Positions 11,308-21,885 of a stretch of DNA of 64,000 nucleotides are shown piece by piece. The notes under the pieces are model-generated. The model did not search any database and had not been told where the DNA came from. It was given only the letters and a program-made list of their open reading frames with translations. The DNA is from a virus (lineage: Duplodnaviria; Caudoviricetes). Each line of letters begins with the position of its first letter. Position 1 is the first letter of the stretch. The translations under genes and the position numbers were made by a program. Location: positions 32,001 to 96,000 of the IMG/VR virus record IMGVR_UViG_2645727757_000001. The stretch is one strand, 5' to 3'.

Positions 11308-13318
11308 AATTCACAGAGAAAAGATTAAAGAAAAGTCTATAAGTAGTTCTGTTAAAAACGGAATTGTACCAGCTTCTAAAAACGTAAAGAGCATAATTAA
11401 AGATTATCTTGCTAATATTAATCCTGGAAAATGCAATATAGATTTTATAGACATAGAGAGTTATTCAAAATCTAATCCAGAAAAATGGAATACTATAATT
11501 AAACAAATAGATTATGAAGTAGATACAATGATTAAAGCTCAAAAGACAATTAAAGATGAAATAAATTATTTGGGGAATAGGATAGCAGAACTACAGGATA
11601 AAGCTGTAGCAGAAACTCAAAAAATAAATCAAAGAATTTTAAATTTAAAAGAGATTCTTGCTAACTCCACTACTTATACAAATAAAAATTATATTTTTGA
11701 TGATTTTAAAAATATAGAATTTTATTCGGATAAGGAAAGAAATTTACCTTCTACAACAGCATTTATAGACTTACTTAATAAAAGAGTATCTAATATCAAG
11801 AAAGATTATGAGTTTTCTAACATAAATTTAGAAAGTGCATCTATAAAAATTAATATAGATACAAATGGAGAAGGTTCTGTAATTGGTGATATTAAAAATA
11901 TTATAAAGAATGATAACAAACCTGTTTTAATATCTTCTGAAAGTAATATAAACTTATATTTTAATGCAGAAATAGAGGTAGCACTACTTATACCAACCTT
12001 TATGAATAATATAAAGATTAATTTAAGTAGTGTATCTAAAATTAAATGTTCTCTTAGGATCGTAGACGAAGATGGAATTACACATACACTAAATGATATA
12101 GAAACTATAAACTTAGCAGAGTGGAGCTTTATCCAAAAGAAGGTATCTAAATTTTATATAACATTTGCAGCAGATAAACAAAGTGGGGTAACGGAACAAA
12201 AAATATACACTAGTAGCTTTATGTTAAATAAGATTGAAGCATTTAATGATTTCTTTGAAACAACTTCAACTTTTGTTACTAAAACAATGAATTTCCCACA
12301 AATATTGGATGCTGTAAAGCTAGAGGCTAATGATGTATTAATGCCTAAAACAAACATTGAATACTTTATTGCCATAGATAATGGAATAGCACCTTTAAAT
12401 TGGGTAAATGTTAAAAATAATTGTGAAACTAGTTTAAATATGCTAAATGAACAACAAGAAATACTCAACAATACTATTCCTTATTTTGGTCATGCTATAA
12501 ATAATGATTGCTATTTGATTGGAAGCTTAAATAAACATTATAATTCAAATTCTTTAATGCTTTTATCTGGCTATCAACAATGGAATGTAGAAGTATTAAA
12601 CTCTACTAAGTTTGATAGTAATTATACTTTAAATATGAATGATTATAGTAAAGATAAAATAATTGAAAGAACTAGCATAGATTATGAGAGCTATAAGATA
12701 AATATTAAGCAAAATAAAATGTATGCTATGAGTACTATAGTTTATTGTGATAAAGACTTTGAATCAAAAGAATTTTATATTAATAGTAATGTTCCTAAAG
12801 GAAGTACATTCCAAACTATAGTTATTTTTAATCATAATATAGTTAAAAAGACTAAAGGAACTTATAAATTTGCTTTTAGAAAAGGAAAAAATATAATTAA
12901 TATTTTATTATTCACAAATAAAGATTGTAGCTTTACTCACAATTTAAACTTTAAAACAATATCTCAAAATTGTGGCCACGGTGGAAAGCTAAAACAAGTA
13001 AGTGAAAGTTATCTAAAAAATAATCTTTATAAAAATAATGATGAATATTTTTGTGTAGATAGCAGCAATAATATTTTAGTTAAAATAAATCCTCTTCAAT
13101 TATCAGAATATTTTAAAAGTGATATAGAGAAAAGCGATTTTAACTTCCAAGACTATACAAGATACTATCTATCATATAAATATCTTCCAAAAGAAAATTA
13201 TCATTTATGCTTAAAAAATAATATTCCAAACACCAATATTAGGTTAATGGCTGTATTAAATAGTGAAAGCATATATATATCACCAGAGCTTACAAGCTAT
13301 GTTCTGAAAGGTAGGTAA
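11294..13318 (+). CDS. Putative baseplate/tail structural protein
   Basis: ORF track starts at 11249, but GAGGTGG at 11281-11287 favours the in-frame ATG at 11294. C-terminal SPELTSYVL. Confidence 0.5.
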   Translation: MIIDKIHREKIKEKSISSSVKNGIVPASKNVKSIIKDYLANINPGKCNIDFIDIESYSKSNPEKWNTIIKQIDYEVDTMIKAQKTIKDEINYLGNRIAELQDKAVAETQKINQRILNLKEILANSTTYTNKNYIFDDFKNIEFYSDKERNLPSTTAFIDLLNKRVSNIKKDYEFSNINLESASIKINIDTNGEGSVIGDIKNIIKNDNKPVLISSESNINLYFNAEIEVALLIPTFMNNIKINLSSVSKIKCSLRIVDEDGITHTLNDIETINLAEWSFIQKKVSKFYITFAADKQSGVTEQKIYTSSFMLNKIEAFNDFFETTSTFVTKTMNFPQILDAVKLEANDVLMPKTNIEYFIAIDNGIAPLNWVNVKNNCETSLNMLNEQQEILNNTIPYFGHAINNDCYLIGSLNKHYNSNSLMLLSGYQQWNVEVLNSTKFDSNYTLNMNDYSKDKIIERTSIDYESYKINIKQNKMYAMSTIVYCDKDFESKEFYINSNVPKGSTFQTIVIFNHNIVKKTKGTYKFAFRKGKNIINILLFTNKDCSFTHNLNFKTISQNCGHGGKLKQVSESYLKNNLYKNNDEYFCVDSSNNILVKINPLQLSEYFKSDIEKSDFNFQDYTRYYLSYKYLPKENYHLCLKNNIPNTNIRLMAVLNSESIYISPELTSYVLKGR

Positions 13319-13323
13319 CTAAT

Positions 13324-13554
13324 ATGATATTTCCTAAAATGACTAATAGAAACAATAGATATAGAGGACCACTAGAAAGTGAAAAAGAAATAAAATCAGA
13401 TCTTGAAGCAAGAAATGCTGTAAAAGAGCTTTCTGCTGAACTAAATAAATTATTTGATATGTATGATTATTTAATCCAGGATAATCAAAAAAATAAATAT
13501 TTAGATTATAGTAATGTAGCAAATTTAAATATAAAAATTAATGGGGTGAAATAG
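13324..13554 (+). CDS. Small structural-module protein (RYRGP motif)
   Basis: 76 aa, AGGTAGG RBS, NRYRGPLESEK motif followed by a short coiled coil. Confidence 0.55.
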   Translation: MIFPKMTNRNNRYRGPLESEKEIKSDLEARNAVKELSAELNKLFDMYDYLIQDNQKNKYLDYSNVANLNIKINGVK

Positions 13555-14732
13555 TGAACAATTTTTTTACGTCAGTACCGACATCGAAAAATAAAACTGC
13601 TTCTTATAGAAGAATTATTAAAAGTTCTGATATTAATGAAAGACAAGAGAATTTATTGCATGACATATTAGAGCTTTATAATAAATCAAATACCTTAAAT
13701 AATAAATTAAACCATACAATTACGCTTATGGATTATGAAAATAAATTTTTAAGAAGAAAAATTGAGGCATTGGAAAATAAATTTAATGATAAATTTGATG
13801 AAGGAAAAATTAATAATATAAAGATATTTCCATCTGATATGAACAGCAATGAAGACTATCCAGTAGAAATTAATTATATGTCATATGATTTATCACAAAA
13901 TATTATAAAAAGAATATCAAAAATAAATATTTATGATGAATTAACAGATAAAACAATTGTCCCTGCATCTCTTAATGCGACATATAATATATTATATAAA
14001 ACTAATTCTTATTTAAGATTTAGTTCCAATGATTTACTAAATGCTTTTGATGGTAAGCATGAAACAGGATGGTTATGTAATGTAACTACAAATAATTCTG
14101 TAAATAGTGTACAAGCAGAAATAATTGTTACATTACCAGTTACAGCAGTAACATCTTATCAAGTTAATGAAATAATAGTAGAATCATTCCCTGTAGCATC
14201 AGTAAATATAAAAGCTATTCAATATTCCTCTTCATACATTACGTGGACTGATATTCCTTCATTTGACGAGCATTACTTAAATACTGGTGATGGAATAAAA
14301 GAGAGTACTGTTGCTAGGTTTAATTTTAAACCTGTAGAAGCTAATAAAATAAGAATTGTATTAGAACAACCGTACTTTACTAATAAAAATAACCTAAGAG
14401 AATTTTGTTTTGGAGCAAAAGATATACAAATTAATTATACAAAGCCTAGTAACCAAGAAGGATTCTTTAATTTCACTTTAAATATTCCAGATACTATTAA
14501 TAAACCAACATTAGATAGTGTGAATATAATATACAATAACCCAAGCCAAATTGATGATAATGTTATAGAGCTTGAATATTTTTATAAAGATAATGAAGAT
14601 ATACTTCATAAGATTAATGGTTCATTACCATTAGCATTACCTTGTAATGAAATAGAAGTAAAAGGCAAGATTTATCAATGTGATAATACAGTTAATTTAA
14701 GTCATATTGACTTTAATATAGGCAACCAGTAA
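13554..14732 (+). CDS. Putative structural protein with discoidin-like domain
   Basis: 392 aa, GTG start overlapping the upstream stop; NAFDGKHETGW and FKPVEANKIRI motifs typical of F5/8-type folds. Confidence 0.5.
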   Translation: MNNFFTSVPTSKNKTASYRRIIKSSDINERQENLLHDILELYNKSNTLNNKLNHTITLMDYENKFLRRKIEALENKFNDKFDEGKINNIKIFPSDMNSNEDYPVEINYMSYDLSQNIIKRISKINIYDELTDKTIVPASLNATYNILYKTNSYLRFSSNDLLNAFDGKHETGWLCNVTTNNSVNSVQAEIIVTLPVTAVTSYQVNEIIVESFPVASVNIKAIQYSSSYITWTDIPSFDEHYLNTGDGIKESTVARFNFKPVEANKIRIVLEQPYFTNKNNLREFCFGAKDIQINYTKPSNQEGFFNFTLNIPDTINKPTLDSVNIIYNNPSQIDDNVIELEYFYKDNEDILHKINGSLPLALPCNEIEVKGKIYQCDNTVNLSHIDFNIGNQ

Positions 14733-14733
14733 A

Positions 14734-14762
14734 TTGACATAAGACCTTGGAAGATTTATAAT
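14734..14762 (+). promoter_or_regulatory. Consensus sigma-A promoter for the replication operon
   Basis: TTGACA-17 bp-TATAAT, a perfect consensus 35 bp upstream of the 14798 ATG. Confidence 0.9.
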
Positions 14763-14797
14763 TTTTATAAGAAAATATTTACAGAAGAGGTAATATT

Positions 14798-15433
14798 ATG
14801 GAAATATCTGTGCATGATTTATTATATGATTTAAAGAAAAAACAATGTAAAGATTATAGGCTTTTTGCAACTAAAATATTATTCTTATTGGAAATAGGAT
14901 ATACAGGAGAGGATATTTTAGAAATGCTTAACAGCGATAATTACATTGATGAAATTAATAAACATTTAGAGATAGAAAAACAATCGGAAGTAGAGTACAA
15001 CTTATTACAGGAAGTTGGTACTATCTATTATCACAATGAACTTAAAATTAGTACGCCTCCAGTATTAATTAATTATGATATTAATACTGGAGAGCTTATA
15101 AAAGTAGAAGAAGAATATTTCCTTGAAATGAAAGCTAGTTACTGTATTAAAGATTTATTTAATTATATAAAGACAAAGAACTGTTTTTATGATTTAGATA
15201 ATGAAAATACAGTAATAGGATCATTAAAGTGGCTTCTTAAAAATTATAATTTAGAAATCATTCTGTATATGATAGATACAGCAAATGATATTATACAAGT
15301 TCAAAATAAAAAAAGAATAAAAATAATTGATATAAAAAATTATTATGAAGAAGCTATTGAGGCTAGAAATAGAAAGAAAAGTGAATTAATTATAAACGGA
15401 GCTGATAAAATTGTGCCAAGAAAAAGAAAATAA
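14798..15433 (+). CDS. Hypothetical protein, possibly replication initiator/loader
   Basis: 211 aa, GAGG RBS, first gene of the primase/helicase operon. Function inferred from position only. Confidence 0.5.
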   Translation: MEISVHDLLYDLKKKQCKDYRLFATKILFLLEIGYTGEDILEMLNSDNYIDEINKHLEIEKQSEVEYNLLQEVGTIYYHNELKISTPPVLINYDINTGELIKVEEEYFLEMKASYCIKDLFNYIKTKNCFYDLDNENTVIGSLKWLLKNYNLEIILYMIDTANDIIQVQNKKRIKIIDIKNYYEEAIEARNRKKSELIINGADKIVPRKRK

Positions 15434-16427
15434 TTTAATAGAGATAGGTTATTGGAAAGATATAAAAAATAAATTCTTTAAAAGAAGTATTTATATATCT
15501 CCAAAAGACTTTAGAAAATCTATACCTAGTGAAATTACTAAAGGTATTTTTAAATCAGTATATGTTTATAATTCAAGTAATATTGATGAATCTTTAGCTA
15601 TTGGAGATTTTTATTTAGACTTTGATAGCCCAGATGATTTTGAACTTGCTAGAACTGATGCAATAAAGGTCTTAGCATATTTAAAGATAGTATTTAAAAT
15701 ACAGTATGAAGAATGTAATATATTCTTTTCTGGAAGAAAGGGAGTTCATATTACAATTCCTTACTCGATATTAGGTATTAAACCTAGTAAAGACATAAAT
15801 ATAGTATTTAAATACATTGCAGAAAATGCTTTTAATTATACTAAAAATAAAACAGTTGATTTACAAATCTATGATAAGAAAAGACTATTTAGAGTTCCAA
15901 ATACACTTCACGAAAAGTCAAACCTGTATAAAATTCAGATAACCTATGAAGAATTAAGAGATATGTCGTATGAAGATATAAAATCTCTTGCAAAATCACC
16001 AAGAAAATTAATAAGAATAGTTAATGATACTAATAGTTTTGCTAGTAAAATGTATAAGCAATTTGAAGAAAAAGCTATTGAATCATTAAATACAAAAAGC
16101 AATATAAAATCTAATCAAACTTTATCTTACACTCCACCTTGCATTATAAGTTTAATGGAAAATGGCGCTAAAGAAGGTTTTAGAAATAATAGCATAGCTG
16201 TTTTGGCAAGTTTTTATAAGGCTTGTGGTAGCGATTCTGATAGAACTAAAGAAATAATATCAGAATGGAATTCAAAATATAACAGTCCACCTACTGATAG
16301 TATTGAGATTGAAAAAACAGTTATGAGTATATATTCGACTAATAAGCCTTTTGGATGCAATAAAATAAAAACTTTATCTGATTGCAAGGAAAATGAATGT
16401 AAGCTTGTAAAAAATAGAAGAAAATAA
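15411..16427 (+). CDS. Archaeo-eukaryotic primase (AEP) with PriCT-like C-terminal domain
   Basis: Motif I DFYLDFDS, motif II SGRKGVH, RLFRVPNTLH. C-terminal PPCI...EGFRNNS...WN and a Cys cluster. Confidence 0.85.
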   Translation: MCQEKENNLIEIGYWKDIKNKFFKRSIYISPKDFRKSIPSEITKGIFKSVYVYNSSNIDESLAIGDFYLDFDSPDDFELARTDAIKVLAYLKIVFKIQYEECNIFFSGRKGVHITIPYSILGIKPSKDINIVFKYIAENAFNYTKNKTVDLQIYDKKRLFRVPNTLHEKSNLYKIQITYEELRDMSYEDIKSLAKSPRKLIRIVNDTNSFASKMYKQFEEKAIESLNTKSNIKSNQTLSYTPPCIISLMENGAKEGFRNNSIAVLASFYKACGSDSDRTKEIISEWNSKYNSPPTDSIEIEKTVMSIYSTNKPFGCNKIKTLSDCKENECKLVKNRRK

Positions 16428-16473
16428 TACAAAAATCTAAAAAATAGATTAATCAAATTTTTAGGGTGTTTTT

Positions 16474-19400
16474 ATGGCATTAAAATTTCAAAAAATAATA
16501 ATGAAAAACGGTAATAAAATAAAATTACCAAAACTAAATGTTGCAGAATTTGGATTTTGCAAAGATACTGATGAAATATTTATAGGAAGTATTAATAACA
16601 ATATAGAGATAGCTAAAAAATCTCATGTAGATGAAGTAGAAAAAACCTTAATTGACAAAATAAATAAATTACCAAAAGTGCCTAGAATAGTTAATAATTT
16701 AACTACTGGTGGTGAAGATAGTGCATTATCAGCAGAACAAGGAAAAGTTTTAAATTCACAACTTACTGAAATTGCGAATGATTTTGATGAGGCAGTCGCA
16801 AATGTGACCAATGGAAATGAAAATGCTACAAATAGTGAAATTGTACAGGCAAGAGGTGGAAAAGTTAATCTAAATAAAAGATTAGATGATTTTGATTCAC
16901 AATTGTCTGATATTGAAACTAAAAAAGCAAACTTAGATACCGTTTTTACCATGGCTAATATGGGTCAAGATATTAAAGAATCTATGACTGGTGGAAGTGT
17001 TGCAGTAGTTGGTATAGATTCGGTTTTAACAGAGAATATTGTGGATAAACAAGTTACAGCTGAAAAAACAAATTTTATAAACGTAACAAAGTCTATAAAT
17101 GTATTTAATCAAGAAGAAGCAGTTTTAGGAAAATATCAACAAAATGCAACTCAAGTAATAGTGAATAATGAAAGATATATGGTAGCAATCTATGTTAAAG
17201 AAGGAGATGTTATTAGAGCAACATATAATTCAACTTTGGCAGATAATCCATGTCAGATATTTGATAAAGATGGTAATAGAGTTGGATATAAAAATACGCT
17301 TGAAGATTATACTGTGGTTAGTAATTCAAATTGGCAAAAATCATATTGGCAAGCAACGATGCCGAGTGGAAGTTATAAAATAATAATAAATGGAAAAATA
17401 TCACAAATGCCTTATAATATGGTTACTATAAATAATAATTTCCCAGGGGAATATATTGAATATTTTAAAAAATTAGGGCTTGATGAAGATATTGAAATAA
17501 ATGCTATTAAACCACTTAAAGAAGATTTAATCTCGATGAAAGAAAATATTTTTAATATAGAAGATAGGTTATCGGAAAAACAACAATTACCAATGATTGA
17601 AATCGATAATTCTTATATGTCTATCTTAGATATGCTTAGCGATGTAAAAATACAAAATGGGGAAGAAATCACTATAACTATACCTCCTAGAGATGAAGTT
17701 TTGAAAAATGCTACTATAAGATTAGGACTTCATAAATCTGAATTAGTTAATAATAATGATTGGAATGAAATTTATAGCGATGCTTTTGATAAAAATTTTA
17801 ATGGAATAAGATTTTTTGATGGAGAAGAAGAGCTTGAATACAATATATTAAGCTATGGCAACTATGATTTTATAAAAGAGTATAATTTTTTTACTCAAAG
17901 TAGAGCTGGAATTAAATGTTTCTCTGATAATTCTTTAGTTATAAATAGAGGCACAAGTGGTATTTGTAAGTCTAATGATAACGGAGCAAGTTGGATACCT
18001 TTATGCGGTGGTATTAGTGGTGCTGGAAGATTACTTATTTTTATAGATAGTAAAGATAATATGTACGTAATGGATACAAATGATTTTAAAGTATACAGGT
18101 ATAGTCCAGATGATAATCACACTAACGGGATTGTTTGTTTGGATTTGAGTGAAAAAAAACAAGTATGTGGTGATATACAAGAAGCACCTAATGGTTATTT
18201 ATTTTTCGGAACATATCAAGATGCGTACGGATTAGGAGGAACTGTATATCGTAGTATAAACAATGGATTAACTTTCCAAAAGGTATTTCATAATGCAGAA
18301 GTTCAACATGTTCATAATATTAGTATTAATAAATATACAAATCCTGTTGAAATTTTCGTGGGATTTGACCATCAAGATGTTAGGGGGGCTAGATGTTTTG
18401 TATCTAAAGACCTTGGAGAAACTTGGACGGATGTAGATATACCTTACAGAAATAGAGATTACGCCTTTGACTATTGTGAAGAAAATCTTTATTTAGGTTG
18501 TGGTGAAGCGAATATACTTGGTGGCGTTACAATATACAAAACAACAGACTATAACGATAAAAGATTGTATAAAACTGTTGCGAACAACAAACAAGGTATG
18601 AGGACTATTATTAATATAGGGGATGGTAGATTATTAGCAGGTGGTTGCTCTGGAGGCACTAACCAAATACCACAACTATACTTATCACAAGACAAAGGGG
18701 ATACTTGGAAAACAATTTGGTGCGAAGATTTACAAAGCAGTGGTTCGGCTGGTAATTACGTGCGATTCTTTACACCTCATATAGTGCCTAAAGGAGCAGA
18801 TAAAAAACAAATTTTAATTAGCGGCTTTGGGCAACCATACACTTTAAGATGTTTCTTTGGTGAAGATAATTACTATGCTATTGCTTACGTTAATGTAGGA
18901 GATATACCTACGAGCGGAAAAACAATTAAGTTGAAAACAGGATATGTTATTAATAAAGATTGCTCCAAGGACATGAAAGTAGAACCAGAAGGATTGGCTT
19001 TTAATGTTAAGTTTGATAAACCTAATTCGTTACAAGACAGTGTGAGTGGTAAGGAAGTTTTTGTTGAAAATGCTTTAATTGATAGTGCTGATTTATTCGA
19101 AGATAATTTTTTACCTCGAAAAATATATCAAAATAAAGTGTTATGTCTTAAAAATAATTCTATTAATTTAGGTAAGTTTAAAAACCTAAGCTTCAACAAA
19201 GGATTCACATTTAGTTTTTGGATGAAAGCAAAAGAATATGCAGATATGAGAGAAGATAATACTAGACATCCTATTATAAGATTTGGTAATTTCAAAATAG
19301 TTATAAAAAGTAACAAATTAGTTATTTATAATAATAACAATCTTTTAGCTTCAGTGGATTTATATATAGCTTCCTTGTGTTCAGAAGGTTATAACTTATA

Positions 19401-19647
19401 TACTTTCACAATTTCAAATGATGATTTACCTGTTATTTCACATAGAAGTTTTGATAAACTTATTACGAGTACAGTCACATCAAGTAATTGGATTAACTTC
19501 AATTTAAGTGATTATGATTGTGTTTTTGGAAATAATGATCCCACTTTCTACAGTGATATGTATAATATTGCAGATTTTAAGATCTATAATAAAGTATTAA
19601 CAGACAGTGAAATAATGGCTATTTTTCACAAAAGAAACTATATATAA
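16474..19647 (+). CDS. Receptor-binding/tail-fibre protein with BNR (Asp-box) propeller and LamG-like domain
   Basis: N-terminal EFGFCKDT, IVNNLTTGG...ALSAEQGKVL and EIVQARG tail-fibre motifs. Asp boxes SNDNGASW, SINNGLTF, SKDLGETW, SQDKGDTW. C-terminal FTFSFWMK...IADFKIYNKVLTDSEI. Confidence 0.75.
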   Translation: MALKFQKIIMKNGNKIKLPKLNVAEFGFCKDTDEIFIGSINNNIEIAKKSHVDEVEKTLIDKINKLPKVPRIVNNLTTGGEDSALSAEQGKVLNSQLTEIANDFDEAVANVTNGNENATNSEIVQARGGKVNLNKRLDDFDSQLSDIETKKANLDTVFTMANMGQDIKESMTGGSVAVVGIDSVLTENIVDKQVTAEKTNFINVTKSINVFNQEEAVLGKYQQNATQVIVNNERYMVAIYVKEGDVIRATYNSTLADNPCQIFDKDGNRVGYKNTLEDYTVVSNSNWQKSYWQATMPSGSYKIIINGKISQMPYNMVTINNNFPGEYIEYFKKLGLDEDIEINAIKPLKEDLISMKENIFNIEDRLSEKQQLPMIEIDNSYMSILDMLSDVKIQNGEEITITIPPRDEVLKNATIRLGLHKSELVNNNDWNEIYSDAFDKNFNGIRFFDGEEELEYNILSYGNYDFIKEYNFFTQSRAGIKCFSDNSLVINRGTSGICKSNDNGASWIPLCGGISGAGRLLIFIDSKDNMYVMDTNDFKVYRYSPDDNHTNGIVCLDLSEKKQVCGDIQEAPNGYLFFGTYQDAYGLGGTVYRSINNGLTFQKVFHNAEVQHVHNISINKYTNPVEIFVGFDHQDVRGARCFVSKDLGETWTDVDIPYRNRDYAFDYCEENLYLGCGEANILGGVTIYKTTDYNDKRLYKTVANNKQGMRTIINIGDGRLLAGGCSGGTNQIPQLYLSQDKGDTWKTIWCEDLQSSGSAGNYVRFFTPHIVPKGADKKQILISGFGQPYTLRCFFGEDNYYAIAYVNVGDIPTSGKTIKLKTGYVINKDCSKDMKVEPEGLAFNVKFDKPNSLQDSVSGKEVFVENALIDSADLFEDNFLPRKIYQNKVLCLKNNSINLGKFKNLSFNKGFTFSFWMKAKEYADMREDNTRHPIIRFGNFKIVIKSNKLVIYNNNNLLASVDLYIASLCSEGYNLYTFTISNDDLPVISHRSFDKLITSTVTSSNWINFNLSDYDCVFGNNDPTFYSDMYNIADFKIYNKVLTDSEIMAIFHKRNYI

Positions 19648-19720
19648 TATTATATATAGTTTAAATTTAATGATTAATTGAAATAAATTGCGAATCAATA
19701 TCTAATTTAAATAAAGTAGG

Positions 19721-20836
19721 TTGAAAATGAATAATAAGAATTTAAATAAAAATCTTAATAATGGTATAACAGGACCTTCTATTTTGAATAATGAAGAAGA
19801 ATATATTGAAAATATAGTAATTGATATACCAGACAAAAAACCAATAATAGCTAAGTTCAAAATACCTGCAAAGCCTAAACATGAACACGAAGTAAAAATG
19901 TGGGATAAGATAAACAAGTTTGAAGAAAGAACTTGGGATAAAAACAAAGTAGGATATAAGACAGGCTTTGAATCATTAGATAAAGCATTTGACGGAGGAT
20001 TAAAACCTGGATTTATAATTATAGCTGCCGATAGTAATATTGGAAAAACTGCCGTTATTTCCCAGATGGCTGAACAGGTAGCCCGTTTAAATAATAATGT
20101 TTATGTACTTGATTTTAGTTTAGATGATCCTATGGTAGATAAGCTATCAAGAGTAGTAAGTTGTGCCAATAAAGTAATAATTAATGCTGTAAAAAGCCCA
20201 TTAAATTATACCCAATTTCCTGATATGTTAGCTAGAAGAAAGAACGGTATAAATAAGCTAAGAGCTATGACATCATCGTATGCTGCTTATGATGCAAATG
20301 ATACTACTTTTATTGAAGATATAGAAGAAATAATAACAAGTACATTAATAGATTTTGAGGCTAATGGAATCAAAAAGAATCTAGTTATTTTTATTGATAA
20401 CTTCCATGATCTTAATATAAAAAATAGACCAGACCTACAAGATAAAAATAAATATGACTATATAGCTCAATGGGCTGCTGATATATCTATAAAATATGAT
20501 ATTCCTTTTGTATGTTCAGCGGAGTTAAAGAAATTAAATTCTACTCGTAGACCTGTTTTGGATGATATAAGAGAGAATGTAAAGATAAAATATGAAGCAA
20601 AAGCAGTAATGCTAGTTTATAACGAAGTTCACTATAAGGGTGAAGGAGCGGAAGTTTATTATGAACGAAGTGATGTTAATGGTAAACAACCAGTATTAGA
20701 ATTACATTTTGCCAAAAATAAAATAAGTTCATTTAAGGGAAGATTATTTTTTGAATTCTTTCCAGAAATGTCTTATATAAGTCCATCGAGTGAAAAAGCC
20801 TCTAAAGCTTATTTGAATAATATTTATAGTTCTTAG
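19721..20836 (+). CDS. dnaB: DnaB-like replicative helicase (C-terminal ATPase domain)
   Basis: TGFESLD, Walker A ADSNIGKT, Walker B IFIDNF, RPVLDDIRE and AKNK motifs; N-terminal domain is short. Confidence 0.85.
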   Translation: MKMNNKNLNKNLNNGITGPSILNNEEEYIENIVIDIPDKKPIIAKFKIPAKPKHEHEVKMWDKINKFEERTWDKNKVGYKTGFESLDKAFDGGLKPGFIIIAADSNIGKTAVISQMAEQVARLNNNVYVLDFSLDDPMVDKLSRVVSCANKVIINAVKSPLNYTQFPDMLARRKNGINKLRAMTSSYAAYDANDTTFIEDIEEIITSTLIDFEANGIKKNLVIFIDNFHDLNIKNRPDLQDKNKYDYIAQWAADISIKYDIPFVCSAELKKLNSTRRPVLDDIRENVKIKYEAKAVMLVYNEVHYKGEGAEVYYERSDVNGKQPVLELHFAKNKISSFKGRLFFEFFPEMSYISPSSEKASKAYLNNIYSS

Positions 20837-20847
20837 GGAGGGATGTT

Positions 20848-21228
20848 ATGAATAGAATTAAGCCTAAAATAAGTAAAGAAATAGAATGTGATAAACATAT
20901 AAAAGAACTAAAAGAATATTTAGAAAACATGGATAAATGTATTCAAAATATAATTAAAGAAATTATAGAAGATGTCATAAATGATAAAGGAAAGTTGAAT
21001 ACATTGTACCTTAAAACTGACTTTGGAAAAATGACTTATAATATTAGACTTTATTCATCTGAAACTAAAAATACTGTATGTAAATCTTATTCATTAGATA
21101 TGCTACTTAAAAGTTGCATTAATGAAGATCATTTTAAATATGAGTTTAATAAAGTAGTTAGGCAATTAATATTAGAAGTAGAATCAAATAATCCATCAAA
21201 TAATAAAAATAATATATGGATAGGGTGA
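20848..21228 (+). CDS. Hypothetical protein
   Basis: 126 aa with GGAGG RBS. Confidence 0.6.
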   Translation: MNRIKPKISKEIECDKHIKELKEYLENMDKCIQNIIKEIIEDVINDKGKLNTLYLKTDFGKMTYNIRLYSSETKNTVCKSYSLDMLLKSCINEDHFKYEFNKVVRQLILEVESNNPSNNKNNIWIG

Positions 21229-21623
21229 TAAAAATGAGTAATATAGAAATGCAAAAAATAGGTGATTTAAAAGAAATTCACGAAAAACCACTTTTTTCAT
21301 CTTATGAAAAAAGAAGAATTACAGAAGATATGCTTTTAGACAAAAGCGTTGGTAGGACAAATTTAGATATTTTTTCAGAGGAAGAAAAATTTTATACTTG
21401 CTTACAATATGATCCGTGTCCTATATGTAGGAAATGTTTAAATAAAGCTAGTAATTTATATGTAAGATGCCAAAACTGTGCAATACCAATATGTGCACAC
21501 TCACATGATGTGAAAGAAAAAATGATTAAAAGAAAGAATTTTGAAATTAAACTTCCAGATAGGGATTTAGAAAATATCGAAAAATTTATAGAAGGGAGTA
21601 AAATTAAAAATGGATTATTATAA
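21216..21623 (+). CDS. Cys-rich putative zinc-binding protein
   Basis: CLQYDPCPICRKC...CQNC...C-x-H. Confidence 0.55.
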   Translation: MDRVIKMSNIEMQKIGDLKEIHEKPLFSSYEKRRITEDMLLDKSVGRTNLDIFSEEEKFYTCLQYDPCPICRKCLNKASNLYVRCQNCAIPICAHSHDVKEKMIKRKNFEIKLPDRDLENIEKFIEGSKIKNGLL

Positions 21624-21885
21624 GGGAAATGATACTAGTGTATCTCAATTTTTAAATGGTAAAGATGGTGTAATTCCAAAACCACCAAGAAAAGGCGAAA
21701 TAATTAAATGTCTTGTATGTGGTGAACCAATGCCTCCAAGTGCATTTTCTAAAATTCCATCAGTAAGAAAAAGAGAGTTTAAATGGCAATGCCATGAAAA
21801 ATGTATTAATTATATGTTAGATGTATGCGATAGAGAAACTACAGGATTACTAGCGGAAAGAAAAAATGATCCTACATATAAATAA
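21610..21885 (+). CDS. Small putative zinc-finger protein
   Basis: CLVC...CHEKC. Confidence 0.55.
   Translation: MDYYKGNDTSVSQFLNGKDGVIPKPPRKGEIIKCLVCGEPMPPSAFSKIPSVRKREFKWQCHEKCINYMLDVCDRETTGLLAERKNDPTYK

Noticed and set aside
16474-19647. Diversity-generating retroelement acting on the tail fibre
   Set aside because: No reverse transcriptase and no template/variable repeat pair seen in the window.
2325-19947. Short minus-strand ORFs and out-of-frame + ORFs within the left arm
   Set aside because: They are shadows of longer genes, with no RBS and antisense-type composition.
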